From assembly GCA_963761485.1 (NCBI GenBank), contig CAVXGP010000005.1, forward strand, positions 352,787-416,786: a DNA stretch of 64,000 nucleotides, given 5' to 3'. Source of the DNA: an uncultured Actinomycetes bacterium (GTDB lineage Bacteria; Actinomycetota; Thermoleophilia; Gaiellales; Gaiellaceae). This document shows positions 30,210-40,485 of this stretch, piece after piece; position 1 is the stretch's first letter, and every line of letters begins with the position of its first letter. The notes under the pieces are model-generated. The model ran no database searches, was not told the DNA's origin, and was given only the letters and a program-made list of their open reading frames with translations. The translations under genes were made by a program, and so were the position numbers.

Positions 30210-31366
30210 GAGCGCGGCATCCCGAGCACGTGCTGGCCCAGGTAGGCGAGGATGAGGTTGTTCGAGACCGGCGCGATCTTGTAGAGGCGGGTCTCGCGGA
30301 ACTTCCGCTCCACGTCGTACTCCTCGGCGAACCCGAATCCGCCGTGGGTGTCGAGGCAGGCATTCGCCGCAGCCCACGACGCCTCCGCCGCGAGCAGCTT
30401 CGCCATGTTCGCCTCTGCTCCGCACGGCAGGCCCTGCTGGCAGAGCCAGGCCGCCTTGTAGCGCATCAGGTCGGCCGCCTCGAGTTGGGCATGTGCCTGA
30501 GCGATCGGGAACTGCACGCCCTGGTTCGCGCCGATCGGCCTCCCGAAGACGACACGCTCCGTGGCGTAGGCAGCCGCCTTCTCGACGAACCAGCGTGCGT
30601 CGCCGATGCACTCCGCGGCGATCAGCACGCGCTCGGCGTTCATGCCGTCGAGGATGTACCGGAATCCCTTCCCCTCGTCGCCGACGAGGTCGTCCTCGGC
30701 GACGGCGACGCCGTCGAAGAAGATCTCCGTGGTCGCGTGGTTCATCAGCGTCCGGATCGGGCGGATCGTCATTGTCCCTGCCGCCTGCGCCTGCTTCATG
30801 TCGACGAGAAAGGTCGAGAGACCCTCCGTCCTCTTCGCGACCTGGTCGGCCGGCGTCGTGCGAGCCAGCAACAGCATCAGGTCCGAGTGCTCCGCCCGCG
30901 AGGTCCAGATCTTCTGGCCGTGCACGACCCAACCACCGTCCGTCCGTCGCGCGGTGGTGGAGATCGCCGTCGTGTCGGAGCCGGCGGTCGGCTCGGTGAC
31001 GCCGAACGCCTGCAGCCGTAGCTCGCCGGAGGCGATCCGAGGCAGGTACCGCGCCTTCTGCTCGGGGGAGCCGTGCCTCAGAAGGGTTCCCATCGTGTAC
31101 ATCTGGGCGTGGCAGGCGCCGGCGTTGCAGCCGGAGGCGTTGATCTCCTCCAGGATTACGCTTGCGGCCGTGAGCGAGAGCCCGGCACCGCCGTGCTCCT
31201 CGGGGATCAGCGCCGCGAGCCACCCGTTCTCGGTGAGAGCGGCGACGAACTCCTCCGGATAGCGATCCGGCTCCAGGGCGCGCCAGTACTCGCCCGGAAA
31301 CCGCTCGCACAGCTCTCTGACCGCCGTGCGGATCTCGTTCAGCTCGTCCGGTACGGAGAAGTCCAC
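30203..31366 (-). CDS. acyl-CoA dehydrogenase
   Basis: GTG at 31366 is in the frame of ORF 30203..31426. The sequence is VDFSVPDELNEIRTAVRELC...GVTEPTAGSD...IAPVSNNLILAYLGQHVLGMPRSY. Confidence 0.9.
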   Translation of the reverse strand: MDFSVPDELNEIRTAVRELCERFPGEYWRALEPDRYPEEFVAALTENGWLAALIPEEHGGAGLSLTAASVILEEINASGCNAGACHAQMYTMGTLLRHGSPEQKARYLPRIASGELRLQAFGVTEPTAGSDTTAISTTARRTDGGWVVHGQKIWTSRAEHSDLMLLLARTTPADQVAKRTEGLSTFLVDMKQAQAAGTMTIRPIRTLMNHATTEIFFDGVAVAEDDLVGDEGKGFRYILDGMNAERVLIAAECIGDARWFVEKAAAYATERVVFGRPIGANQGVQFPIAQAHAQLEAADLMRYKAAWLCQQGLPCGAEANMAKLLAAEASWAAANACLDTHGGFGFAEEYDVERKFRETRLYKIAPVSNNLILAYLGQHVLGMPRSY

Positions 31367-31370
31367 GCGG

Positions 31371-32552
31371 CTACTCGGACTGCCGCTCGAGGAGGCGCTT
31401 GCCGATGAGCACCTGCTGAATCTCATTCGAGCCCTCCCCGATCAGGAGGAGCGGCGCGTCCCGGTAGTATCGCTCGGCGCGATACTCGAGCGAGTAGCCG
31501 TAGCCGCCGTGGATGCGCATGCAGTCGAGCGCGTTCTCCTGCGCGGCCTCGGTCGCGAAGTACTTCGCCATCCCGGCCTCCAGGTCGGCGCGGTCGCCCG
31601 AGGCCTTCTTCTGCGCTGCTTGGACGGTCAGCAGACGTGCGGCCTCAGCGCGGGTCGCCATGCGCGCGAGCATCATCTGAACCGCCTGGTGGTGACCGAT
31701 CGGCTTGCCGAACGCCTCGCGGTCGCGTGCGTAGCGAAGCGCATCCTCGAGCGCAGCCTGCGCCACACCGACCCCCCGCGCGGCGACGTTGACGCGTCCG
31801 ACCTCGATTCCGCTCATGAAGTACTTGAATCCCTGCCCGATTCCCCCCTCGCCCCCGAGCACGCTCGACGCTGGCGTTCGGTAGCCGTCGAAGACGAGCT
31901 CCGTCGACTCCACGCCCTTGTAGCCGAGCTTTCCGGGGCCGGGCATCGGGATCGTCAGGCCCGGCGGGTTCGTCTCGGGCTCCTTCTCCACGATGAAGCC
32001 CGTCATGCCCGTGTGAGCGGGTACGGCCTCGGGATCGGTCTTCGTCAGGAGCATGACGATCCCGGAGCGCCAGCCGTTCGTGACCCACATCTTCTGACCC
32101 GTGATCACGAACTCGTTGCCGTCGCGCACGGCTCTGGTGCGTATCGCCTGCACGTCCGAGCCCGCATGCGCCTCGGTCATCGAGAACGCCGAGCGGATCT
32201 CGCAGGTGGCGAGCTTCGGCAGGTAGCGCTGCCGCTGCTCCTCCGTGCCGTGCATGCCGATCATCCAGGCGGCGATGAACGACCCGTTCAGGATCCCCGA
32301 GAGCGTCACCCACCCACGGGAGAGCTCGGCGACGATCAGCGCGTACGAGTCGAGCCCGAGCCCGAGGCCGCCGTACTCCTCGGGGATCGTCGTCCCGAAC
32401 AGGCCCATCTCGGCCATCGTGCGGACGAGCTCGTGGGGATACTCGTCGCGATGCTCGAGGTCGGAGGCGACCGGCACGACGTCGCGATCGACGAACTCCC
32501 GGACGGCGGCGATGATGTCCTGCTGCTCGGCCGTGAGCTCGAGCAGGCTCAT
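31371..32552 (-). CDS. acyl-CoA dehydrogenase
   Basis: ATG at 32552 is in the frame of ORF 31371..33164 and makes an ATGA overlap with the PrpD gene. The sequence is MSLLELTAEQQDII...SMTEAHAGSD...GEGSNEIQQVLIGKRLL. Confidence 0.9.
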   Translation of the reverse strand: MSLLELTAEQQDIIAAVREFVDRDVVPVASDLEHRDEYPHELVRTMAEMGLFGTTIPEEYGGLGLGLDSYALIVAELSRGWVTLSGILNGSFIAAWMIGMHGTEEQRQRYLPKLATCEIRSAFSMTEAHAGSDVQAIRTRAVRDGNEFVITGQKMWVTNGWRSGIVMLLTKTDPEAVPAHTGMTGFIVEKEPETNPPGLTIPMPGPGKLGYKGVESTELVFDGYRTPASSVLGGEGGIGQGFKYFMSGIEVGRVNVAARGVGVAQAALEDALRYARDREAFGKPIGHHQAVQMMLARMATRAEAARLLTVQAAQKKASGDRADLEAGMAKYFATEAAQENALDCMRIHGGYGYSLEYRAERYYRDAPLLLIGEGSNEIQQVLIGKRLLERQSE

Positions 32553-33946
32553 ACAGCCGCGGCCTCCCGGAGCGTCAACGGCGACAGGGCTCCCCGGAGG
32601 TCGTCGAGCTCCTCGAGCGCGACGATCGCCTGCTCCAGGCGATCCGCTTCCTCGTCGCTGAGGACGAGCGCGGCGTTCTCGCGAAACTTGGCTCGGACCT
32701 CCGCGGCAGTCAACGGATTCTCGGGGCCTCCCTTCTGGTACGGGAAGTCCGCTTCGAACGTGGTCCCGTCCGCCAGGCGCACACTGGCGCCGCCGGGGAA
32801 GGCCTGCGGGTACGACGCGTACTCGCGCGTCTCGTAGCGCACGCGGCGGGCGACCGCGAGCACGTCCGGGTCGGCGATCGCCGCCTCCGTGAAGTCGGAG
32901 ACGGCCACGTGACCGCGGACGAGCAGCGACGCGATCGAGTACTGCAGGGAGAACTTGCCCTCGTACTCGGAGCGCGGCGCGAGCTTCGAGTCGGCGGGCT
33001 CGAGGACGAGCGCCACCCCCGCCGCCGGCACGGTCACGACGACGTCGTCGATCTCGTTGGGAGCGAACGTTCGCCCGCCCGCCCCCTCTGCAGCAGCCCC
33101 GAGCGAGCCGTGCATGAAGTGACAGACGGGGAACGCCTTGTAGGCAATGCGGGGCGTCTCCCACCGGGTGCCGAGGTCGGAGAGCTGGCCGGCGATGTCG
33201 ATATCGCCCTCTTCCGCACCCAGAAAGGCGTGGTACAGGCCGAACTTCCCCTCGAGCACAGAGCGCGGGCCGGCGGCGCCGTGTCGCGCGAGGGCGACCG
33301 CAAGATGGGCGCCATGCGCCGCCCAGGCCGGATGCATCGGCTTCGTCGGGGTCCCGTCCGCGAGGTAGGCGAACAAGCCGCCCGCGAACGATCCGGCGAT
33401 CCCGAGCGCCCGGGTGGTCGTCGGCGAGTCGAGGTCGGACAAGCGGGCGACCGCCGCGACGCCGCCGAAGATGCCGCAGATCGCGGTCGGATGAAACCCC
33501 CGTCGGTGAAACTCACCGGAAGCGGCCATTCCGACCCGGCACACGATCTCGTTTCCGGCGACGACAGCCGCCAGCACCTCCCGGCCGGAAGCTCCCAACG
33601 CCTCGCCTGCGGCGAGTGCGGCGGGACCGATCACCGTCGAGACGTGGCTGACCGAGTCCGAGTGCGTGTCGTCGAAGTCCAGGCCGTGGCAGAGCATCGC
33701 GTTCGCGAATGCGGCGTTCGCAGCCGGCAGCTGCTCGCGCAGCCCGATCACGGTCGCGCTCGGCTCGCCGCCGAGCTCTGCCATCGTCGCGCGGCCCTCT
33801 CCGGCGACCCCGGTCGCGTGCGCTGCAAGCCCGCAGCCCAGCGCATCGAGCAGGTGGAGCTTGGCATGTTCGACGACTTCCTGCGGGATGTCGTCGAGTG
33901 TCAGACCGGCGGACCAGCCGGCGATCGTCTCAGCGGCGGTGTGCAT
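32549..33946 (-). CDS. MmgE/PrpD family protein
   Basis: The ORF is 465 aa. The N-terminus IPQEVVEHAKLHLLDALGCGLAA is typical of the 2-methylcitrate dehydratase / cis-aconitate decarboxylase family. Confidence 0.85.
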   Translation of the reverse strand: MHTAAETIAGWSAGLTLDDIPQEVVEHAKLHLLDALGCGLAAHATGVAGEGRATMAELGGEPSATVIGLREQLPAANAAFANAMLCHGLDFDDTHSDSVSHVSTVIGPAALAAGEALGASGREVLAAVVAGNEIVCRVGMAASGEFHRRGFHPTAICGIFGGVAAVARLSDLDSPTTTRALGIAGSFAGGLFAYLADGTPTKPMHPAWAAHGAHLAVALARHGAAGPRSVLEGKFGLYHAFLGAEEGDIDIAGQLSDLGTRWETPRIAYKAFPVCHFMHGSLGAAAEGAGGRTFAPNEIDDVVVTVPAAGVALVLEPADSKLAPRSEYEGKFSLQYSIASLLVRGHVAVSDFTEAAIADPDVLAVARRVRYETREYASYPQAFPGGASVRLADGTTFEADFPYQKGGPENPLTAAEVRAKFRENAALVLSDEEADRLEQAIVALEELDDLRGALSPLTLREAAAV

Positions 33947-34477
33947 CTAGACCCTCCAACCCTCGTCTGTGTGAGGAAAGCCGTCCGCGACCTCGGGCGC
34001 ATTGCGCTTGTAGACCATGAACGTCCGCGTGAACTCGATCACGACCTCGCGGCGCTGGTTGATCCCGCGGCAGCGCATCGAGACGATGCCGACGCTCGGG
34101 TTCGAGCGGGACTCGCGCCTCTCGGTGATCTCGCTCTCCGACCACAGCGTGTCGCCGACGAAGACCGGGTGCGGGAGCGTGATCTCGCTCCAGCCGAGGT
34201 TCGCGGCGGCGTTCTCGCTCGTGTCGGGGACGGTGAGGCCGAGCACGAGCGCCAGCGTGAAGGCACTGTTGACGAGTGGCTTGCCGAACTGCGTCCGCTC
34301 GGCGTACGGCACGTTGAAGTGGATCTGGTTCGTGTTCAGCGTCAGGCACGTGAACCAGACGTTGTCCGCCTCGGAGATCGTGCGGCCGAGGCGGCTCCGA
34401 TAGATGTCGCCGAGCTCGAGATCCTCGTAGAAACGCCCGCGCCACTCCTTCGGCGCAACGGATTTCTCAGTCTGCAT
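33947..34477 (-). CDS. MaoC-like (hot-dog fold) enoyl-CoA hydratase, itaconyl/mesaconyl-CoA hydratase-like
   Basis: The ORF is 176 aa. The sequence is ISEADNVWFTCLTLNTNQIHFNVPYAE...LVNSAFTLALVLG. Confidence 0.8.
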   Translation of the reverse strand: MQTEKSVAPKEWRGRFYEDLELGDIYRSRLGRTISEADNVWFTCLTLNTNQIHFNVPYAERTQFGKPLVNSAFTLALVLGLTVPDTSENAAANLGWSEITLPHPVFVGDTLWSESEITERRESRSNPSVGIVSMRCRGINQRREVVIEFTRTFMVYKRNAPEVADGFPHTDEGWRV

Positions 34478-35309
34478 GCAACACGCTCCTCTTCGCGTCG
34501 GCCAGAAGCTGCCGGGCGCGCTCCACGACCGGCAGATCGATCATCTCGCCGCCGAAGGCGACGGCGCCCTGCCCGTTCGCCGCGGCGTCCTCGAACGCGC
34601 GGACGACATCGCGCGCTCGCGCGAGCTCCTCGCTCGACGGAGAGAACGCGTCGTTGACGACAGGCACCTGCTCCGGGTGGATGCAGGCCTTGCCACGGAA
34701 CCCGAGTGAGCGCGCGAGCTCGCAGTCGTGCTGCAACCCGGCGTCGTCCCGAAGGGTCGTCCACACCTGGTCGATCGGCCCGCGGAGCCCCGCTGCGGCG
34801 GAGTCTACGACGAGCGAGGAGCGCGCGAACAGGAGCTCGAGCCCGTCCTCGCGTGGCTCCAGCCCGAGGGCGAGCCCGAGATCGACCGCGCCGAGAAGGA
34901 GTGCCTCTACCGCGGGGGCAGCCGCCAGCTCGAAGGCGCCTCGGACACCCGCAGGAGTCTCGACGATGGCAACGACGGGTAGCCCGAGACCTTCCACCGC
35001 GCCCAGTGCGGCCGCCGTCGCCTTCGGCAGGACGAGACCGTCGAGACCGATGGATCCGACCGCCTCGAGATCGTCCGCGACCCACTCGGAGCCGGCGGCA
35101 TTGACCCGCACGAGACGGAGAGCGTCGCCTTCGGCCTCGGCGAGCACGCGCGCAGAGAGAGTGCGCGCCACCGGTTTCTCGGCCGGCGTCACGGCGTCCT
35201 CGAGATCCGCGACCACGGCGTCTGCACCGCTCCCGAGGGCCTTCCGCAGTTTGCGCTCGTCGTTACCGGGCGCGAAGAGAAACGAGCGGGCAGTGTGGAT
35301 CGAGGGCAT
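34467..35309 (-). CDS. CitE / HpcH-HpaI family acyl-CoA lyase (citryl-, malyl- or citramalyl-CoA lyase-like)
   Basis: ATG at 35309 is in the frame of ORF 34467..35717. The sequence is RSFLFAPGNDERKLRKALGSGADAVVADLEDAV...LPKA...IHPEQV. Confidence 0.85.
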   Translation of the reverse strand: MPSIHTARSFLFAPGNDERKLRKALGSGADAVVADLEDAVTPAEKPVARTLSARVLAEAEGDALRLVRVNAAGSEWVADDLEAVGSIGLDGLVLPKATAAALGAVEGLGLPVVAIVETPAGVRGAFELAAAPAVEALLLGAVDLGLALGLEPREDGLELLFARSSLVVDSAAAGLRGPIDQVWTTLRDDAGLQHDCELARSLGFRGKACIHPEQVPVVNDAFSPSSEELARARDVVRAFEDAAANGQGAVAFGGEMIDLPVVERARQLLADAKRSVLHAD

Positions 35310-35314
35310 CGCGG

Positions 35315-35343
35315 TTGACAGAGTCGCGAATGTCAGACATAAA
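35315..35343 (+). promoter_or_regulatory. candidate sigma-70-type promoter with overlapping inverted repeat
   Basis: The -35 element is TTGACA (35315-35320). After a 17-nt spacer the -10 element is CATAAA (35338-35343). The RBS GGGAGGAGGGG and GTG 35380 lie downstream. TGACA-N10-TGTCA (35316-35335) overlaps the -35 element and spacer. Confidence 0.35.
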
Positions 35344-35379
35344 CACAACCCCGCACCGCTAGCAAGGGAGGAGGGGTCC

Positions 35380-36420
35380 GTGAAGGCAGTGGTCTTCCAC
35401 GAGTTCGGCAGCTCCGACGTTCTCCGAGTGGAGGAGCTCCCGGAGCCGACGGCGGGTCCCGGCGAGGTCGTGGTCGACATCGCGGCCACCGGCTTGAACC
35501 ACCTCGACGTCGACGTGCGCGAAGGCGTCTCGCGCTTCCCGGTCGAGCTGCCGCACGTGCTCGGAGTCGAGGTCGTCGGTCGAATCTCCGCGCTCGGAGA
35601 CGGCGTTACGGGCCGGCAGCTCGGCGATCGCGTGATGCCGTACATCATGGGGCCATGCGGCGAGTGTCGATACTGCGCCACCGGTCGAGAGTCGCTCTGC
35701 CCGAGCGCAGGGTTCATCAGCTTCGTGACAGGCGGCGGCTATGCGGAACGACTGGCCTGCCCGGCGGATCAGCTCATCGCAGTACCCGACGAGGTGGGCG
35801 ACGCCGAGGCGGCTGCGCTCCAGGTCGCGTTCGGCACCGCCTGGCACATGCTCTACACCCGAGGGCGGCTGCGGGCCGGTGAGACGGTCCTCGTTAACTC
35901 TGTGGGCAGCGGGGTCGGGTCCGCTGCCGTGCAGCTGGCGCATGCCGCGGGCGCGTACGTGATCGGGACCTCGAGCAGCGATGCGAAGCTCGAGCAGGCA
36001 TCCGCGCTCGGCATGGACGCCGGCATCAACTACAGCACACAGGACGTCGTCGCCGAGGTCATGCGCTTCACGGGCGACCAAGGCGTCGACCTCACCTACG
36101 AGCACACGGGTGGTGAGCTGTTCCAGCTCGGCCTCGACGCGCTCAAGAAGGACGGCCGGCTCGTCACGTGCGGCGCCCACGCGGGCGAGATCGTCCAGTT
36201 CGACATCATCCCGTTCTTCCGCCGGCAGCTCTCCGTGATCGGGTCGTTCGTCTACAGCCGCGACGAGCTGGCCAAGTCCGTCGACCTGGTGCGGCGCGGG
36301 CTCGCGAAACCGCTCGTGGCGGCGGCGTTCCCGCTCGAGCAGGCCAAGGAGGCGATGGATCTGATGGAGAGCCGCGCGTTCTTCGGCAAGATCGTGCTTC
36401 TTCCGGGAGGTGCGTCGTGA
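35380..36420 (+). CDS. zinc-type alcohol dehydrogenase / MDR-family oxidoreductase
   Basis: GTG at 35380 is in the frame of ORF 34654..36420. The sequence is VKAVVFHEFG...CGECRYCATGRESLC...VNSVGSGVGSAAVQLA. Confidence 0.85.
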   Translation: MKAVVFHEFGSSDVLRVEELPEPTAGPGEVVVDIAATGLNHLDVDVREGVSRFPVELPHVLGVEVVGRISALGDGVTGRQLGDRVMPYIMGPCGECRYCATGRESLCPSAGFISFVTGGGYAERLACPADQLIAVPDEVGDAEAAALQVAFGTAWHMLYTRGRLRAGETVLVNSVGSGVGSAAVQLAHAAGAYVIGTSSSDAKLEQASALGMDAGINYSTQDVVAEVMRFTGDQGVDLTYEHTGGELFQLGLDALKKDGRLVTCGAHAGEIVQFDIIPFFRRQLSVIGSFVYSRDELAKSVDLVRRGLAKPLVAAAFPLEQAKEAMDLMESRAFFGKIVLLPGGAS

Positions 36421-38541
36421 GGCGCGTCGGCGTCGACGTCGGCGGCACGTTCACGGACTTCGTCTACGTCGACGACGAGGCCGGCCTCGTGCGTGTGCAC
36501 AAGGTCCCGACGACCCCCGACGATCCGTCCAAGGGCACGGTTGACGGCATCGGGGAGATCACGGGCGAGGCGGGGCAGAGCCCTGCTTCGCTCGACCAGG
36601 TGTTCCACGGGACGACGATCGCGACGAACATCGTGATCGAGCACAGCGGCGCGACCGTCGGGATGATCACCACCGAGGGCTATCGCGACATCCTCCACAT
36701 CGCGCGCCACAAGAAGCCCCTCAACTTCTCCAACTACCAGGACCTGCCGTGGCAAGCGCATCCCGTCGTGCGGCGGCGTTACCGGCTAACGGTCCCGGAG
36801 CGCATCACGAAGGACGGCACTGTGCTCGTGCCGCTCGACGAGGAGAAGGCGCGCGAGCAGGTGCGCAAGCTCAAGGACGCCGGCGTCGACGCGGTGGCGG
36901 TCTGCTTCCTCTTCTCCTTTCTCAACACCTCGCACGAGCAGCGGGTCGCGGAGATCGTGCGCGAGGAGTTTCCAGAGGCGTTTCTCTCTGTGTCCTCGGA
37001 AGTGCTCCCACAGTACCGCGAGTACGAGCGCTTCTCGACCGTCGGTCTCAACGCGTACGTCGGCCCCAAGGTCGCGACCTACGTGTCACGCCTCGAGGAG
37101 CAGCTGACGAAGCTCGGCGTGCGCACGGGTCTTCACCTGATGACCTCCGCCTCGGGTGTGGCGACGGCAGAGGCCGCGACGAAGCGCCCCGTCAACCTGC
37201 TGATGTCAGGGCCGGTTGCGGGCGTCGTGGGCGGCATCTGGGCGGGCCGACTGGCGGGCTACGCGAACGTCATCACCCTCGACGTGGGCGGGACGTCCGC
37301 GGACATCGGCCTGGCGCAGGACGGCAAGCTGCGCATGAAGCACCTCCTGGACACGAAGGTCGGCCCGTACCAGGCGATGATTCCCATGGTCGACGTCGAC
37401 ACCATCGGCGCCGGAGGTGGCTCGATCGCGTACGTGGACGCGGGTGGGATCTACCGCGTCGGGCCTCGGTCGGCGGGCGCCATCCCCGGACCGGCAGCGT
37501 ACGACCGCGGCGGCACCGAGCCGACCGCGACCGACGCGATGGTCAACCTCGGGTGGCTGTCACCGGAGGCCTTCCTCGGCGGGGGCATGACGCTCCGCGC
37601 AGATCTGGCTCGCACAGCCTTCGAAGACGGTCCCGCGAAGACGCTGGGCATGTCGGTGGAGGAGGCCTCGATGGGGGCGGTGCAGATCCTCTCCCACTCG
37701 ATGGTGCAGTCGATCGAGGAGAACTCGGTGCGCAAGGGATTCGACCCACGCGACTTCGTCCTCGTGGCCGAGGGAGGTGCCGGCCCGCTCTGGGCAGCGC
37801 AGATCGCGATCGAGGTCGGGGACCCCTCAGGTGCTCGTACCGCCGCATCCCGGGATCGCCGCCGCCATGGGCCTGCTGGCGACCGACATGGTCTACGAGT
37901 ACGTCGCGACGACGTACCAGCGTCTCTCGAAGCTCGACGCGCAGGCGCTCGGGCGTCGGTTCGAGGAGCTCGAGCAGCTGGCCTTGGCGCAACTCCGAGC
38001 CGACGGCGTGCCCGAAGACAAGATCGTCATCCAGCGAATCGCCGAGTGTCGCTACCTCGGTCAGGGCTACGAGTTGCGGGTGGACGCGTCAGCGGGTGCG
38101 ATCGACGACAGCTGGGCCGACAGCGTCCGCAGGGACTTCCACGACATCCACGAGCGCGAGTACTCGCGGCGCTTCGAGGAGCAGGACATCGAGATCCCTA
38201 ACATCCGCGTCCGCGGCATCGGCTTGATGCCGGATCTGGCCGCTCCCGAGATCGAGCTGGGAGGAGAGTCGCCCGACGCCGCGCTTCGCCACGAGAGCAA
38301 CGCGTGGTTCCGTGTCGACGGCTCGCTGGAGCAGCTCCCGACGCTCTACTACGACCGTGAGGCGTTACAGGCCGGGAACCGCCTGGTCGGACCGGCGATC
38401 GTGACGCAGTACGACTCCACGACGGTCATACCGCCGGGGATAGAGGCGAGCGTGGATCGCTTCGGGAACATCATCATCGAGGTGGGCGCGTCCGCGGAGG
38501 CCCAGGCCATGGCCGCGATGTCCGCCGAAACAGGACGCTAG
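36417..38541 (+). pseudogene. hyuA: hydantoinase/oxoprolinase A subunit, copy 2, interrupted by a +1 frameshift at the G-run 37818-37821
   Basis: The N-terminal part is in the frame of ORF 36168..38201 (VRRVGVDVGGTFTDFVYV from GTG 36417). The C-terminal part is in the frame of ORF 37777..38541. Comparison with copy 1 (GGAGPLHANAVAEIMGSFPVLVPPAPG) shows the join GGAGPLWAAQIAIEVG|TPQVLVPPHPG. Confidence 0.8.
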
Positions 38542-38553
38542 GAGGGCTGGGAG

Positions 38554-40461
38554 ATGTCGGTACTGGAATACGAGCTCGGCAAGCATCCGGGCCCACCCGC
38601 CCGTGAGCGAGTCGACGTCGACCCGATCACGCTGCGCGTCCTCGGCGGCGCCTTCCACGCGATCGCCAAGGAGATGGCAGGCGTTCTCTTCCGCATGTCC
38701 TACTCCTCGATCATCCGCGAGTCCGAAGACCTGGGGGCGGGTGTCTTCGACGCCGAGGGGCGCGAGCTCTGCGAGTCCGATTCGACGCCGATGCACATCG
38801 GCTCACTGCCGTGGTACATCCGCGGCTTCATGCGCAACCTCGAGGGGAAGCTCGAGGACGGCGACGTGATCATCCACAACCACCCGTACTACGGCGCTTC
38901 ACACAGCCCCGACATCGCGGTTGCCGTGCCCGTCTTCCACGAGGGCGAGCACCTGGGCTTCACCGCCGTGACCGCGCACGTGCTCGACGTCGGTGGCTCG
39001 TTCCCCGGGATCAACGCCGACTGCTTCGACATGTACGCCGAGGCGAAGATCTACGACGGCTTGCGCTGGTACCGGGCCGGGGAGCTGAACGAGGACCTCG
39101 ACAAGATGGTCTTCGACAACGTCCGAACCGAGACGATGAACCGCGGCGACATGAACGCGATGATGGCCGCGTGTCAGCTGGGACGCGAGCGTTTCCTGCG
39201 GTTGGTGCAGCGGTATGGCGTCGACGTCGTCATGAGTGCCGCGTACGAGTGGATGGACTACTCGGAGCGCATGCTGCGCGAAGAGATCCGCAAGCTGCCG
39301 GACGGCGTGTACGTCGCGCCCACGGGATGGCTCGACGACGATGCACGCAACCGCGGCGTTCCGCTCCGTGTCGAGACGAAGGTGATCGTCGAGGGCGACG
39401 AGATCACGATCGACCTGACCGGCTCGAACCCCGAGGTGCCGACGGGCTACAACGTCCCGTACGAAGGATCGCTGCTCGTCGGGGCGTACTACGCGGTCCG
39501 CACGATCCTCCTCGACGAGACGACCTTCCCCGAGCACGTCCCCCAGAACGACGGCGTGTTCCGGCCGGTGAAGGTCATCGCGCCGAAAGGGACGATCTAC
39601 AACCCGACCTTCCCGCGTGCGTGCTTCTCACGCTTCTGCCAGGTGCAGCGGGTCGTCGACAACACCATCCTCGCGCTCGCCGACGCACTGCCGGAGGGGG
39701 TGACCGCAGGAAACTCCGCCGGCCTCCACTTCTGCGCGTACTCGGGCTTCTCCGAGGAGATGGGCGAGTACTGGCTCTACCTCGAAGTCAACGAAGGGTC
39801 GTACGGCGGCCGCCACGGCAAGGACGCAATGGACTCCGTGGACAACCTGATGGCGAACACGCGGAACAACCCGATCGAGGAGCTCGACATGCGCTTTCCG
39901 ATCAGGTGCGACCAGTACGAGCTTCGGCCCGAGCCGGCTGCGCCGGGTCGCTGGCGAGGAGGGATCGGCATCGTCCGCCGCAACCGGTTCCTCGTCGACG
40001 GCGTGTACTCGTGCGAGGGCGATCGTCAGTACGACCCGCCGCGGGCCGTCTTCGGAGGCTGGGACGGGCTCGTGGCTTCCTGCCGCAAGAATCCGGACAC
40101 GGAACGCCAGGAGATCCTGCCCGCGAAGGTGACCGGAGTGCCGTTCGGCGCGGGCGAGTTCATCGAGTTCCGGGAGCCCAACGCAGCGGGCTACGGCGAT
40201 CCGCTCGATCGACCTGCGGAGGCGGTGCGTGAAGACGTCCTCGACGACTTCACGACGATCGAGCTCGCCCGGGCGGCGTACGGGGTCGTGTTCGCCGACG
40301 AGATCTCACTCGAGATCGACCACGCCGCCACGGAAGCGCTCCGCGCGGAGCTCCGTGCGAGCCCGCCCGTGAAGTCTCTCACGACGTACTTCGAAGGCGG
40401 CCTGCCGATCGAGAACAAGCCGGTGTCCGTCGCAGGGAACGCCGAGTTCGAGATGAGCTAG
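38554..40461 (+). CDS. hyuB: hydantoinase B/oxoprolinase subunit, copy 2
   Basis: The ORF is 635 aa. DPITLRVLGGAFHAIAKEMAGVLFRMSYSSIIRESEDLG parallels copy 1. Confidence 0.9.
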   Translation: MSVLEYELGKHPGPPARERVDVDPITLRVLGGAFHAIAKEMAGVLFRMSYSSIIRESEDLGAGVFDAEGRELCESDSTPMHIGSLPWYIRGFMRNLEGKLEDGDVIIHNHPYYGASHSPDIAVAVPVFHEGEHLGFTAVTAHVLDVGGSFPGINADCFDMYAEAKIYDGLRWYRAGELNEDLDKMVFDNVRTETMNRGDMNAMMAACQLGRERFLRLVQRYGVDVVMSAAYEWMDYSERMLREEIRKLPDGVYVAPTGWLDDDARNRGVPLRVETKVIVEGDEITIDLTGSNPEVPTGYNVPYEGSLLVGAYYAVRTILLDETTFPEHVPQNDGVFRPVKVIAPKGTIYNPTFPRACFSRFCQVQRVVDNTILALADALPEGVTAGNSAGLHFCAYSGFSEEMGEYWLYLEVNEGSYGGRHGKDAMDSVDNLMANTRNNPIEELDMRFPIRCDQYELRPEPAAPGRWRGGIGIVRRNRFLVDGVYSCEGDRQYDPPRAVFGGWDGLVASCRKNPDTERQEILPAKVTGVPFGAGEFIEFREPNAAGYGDPLDRPAEAVREDVLDDFTTIELARAAYGVVFADEISLEIDHAATEALRAELRASPPVKSLTTYFEGGLPIENKPVSVAGNAEFEMS

Positions 40462-40485
40462 AGAGAGCGGGATCACCCCGGTGCC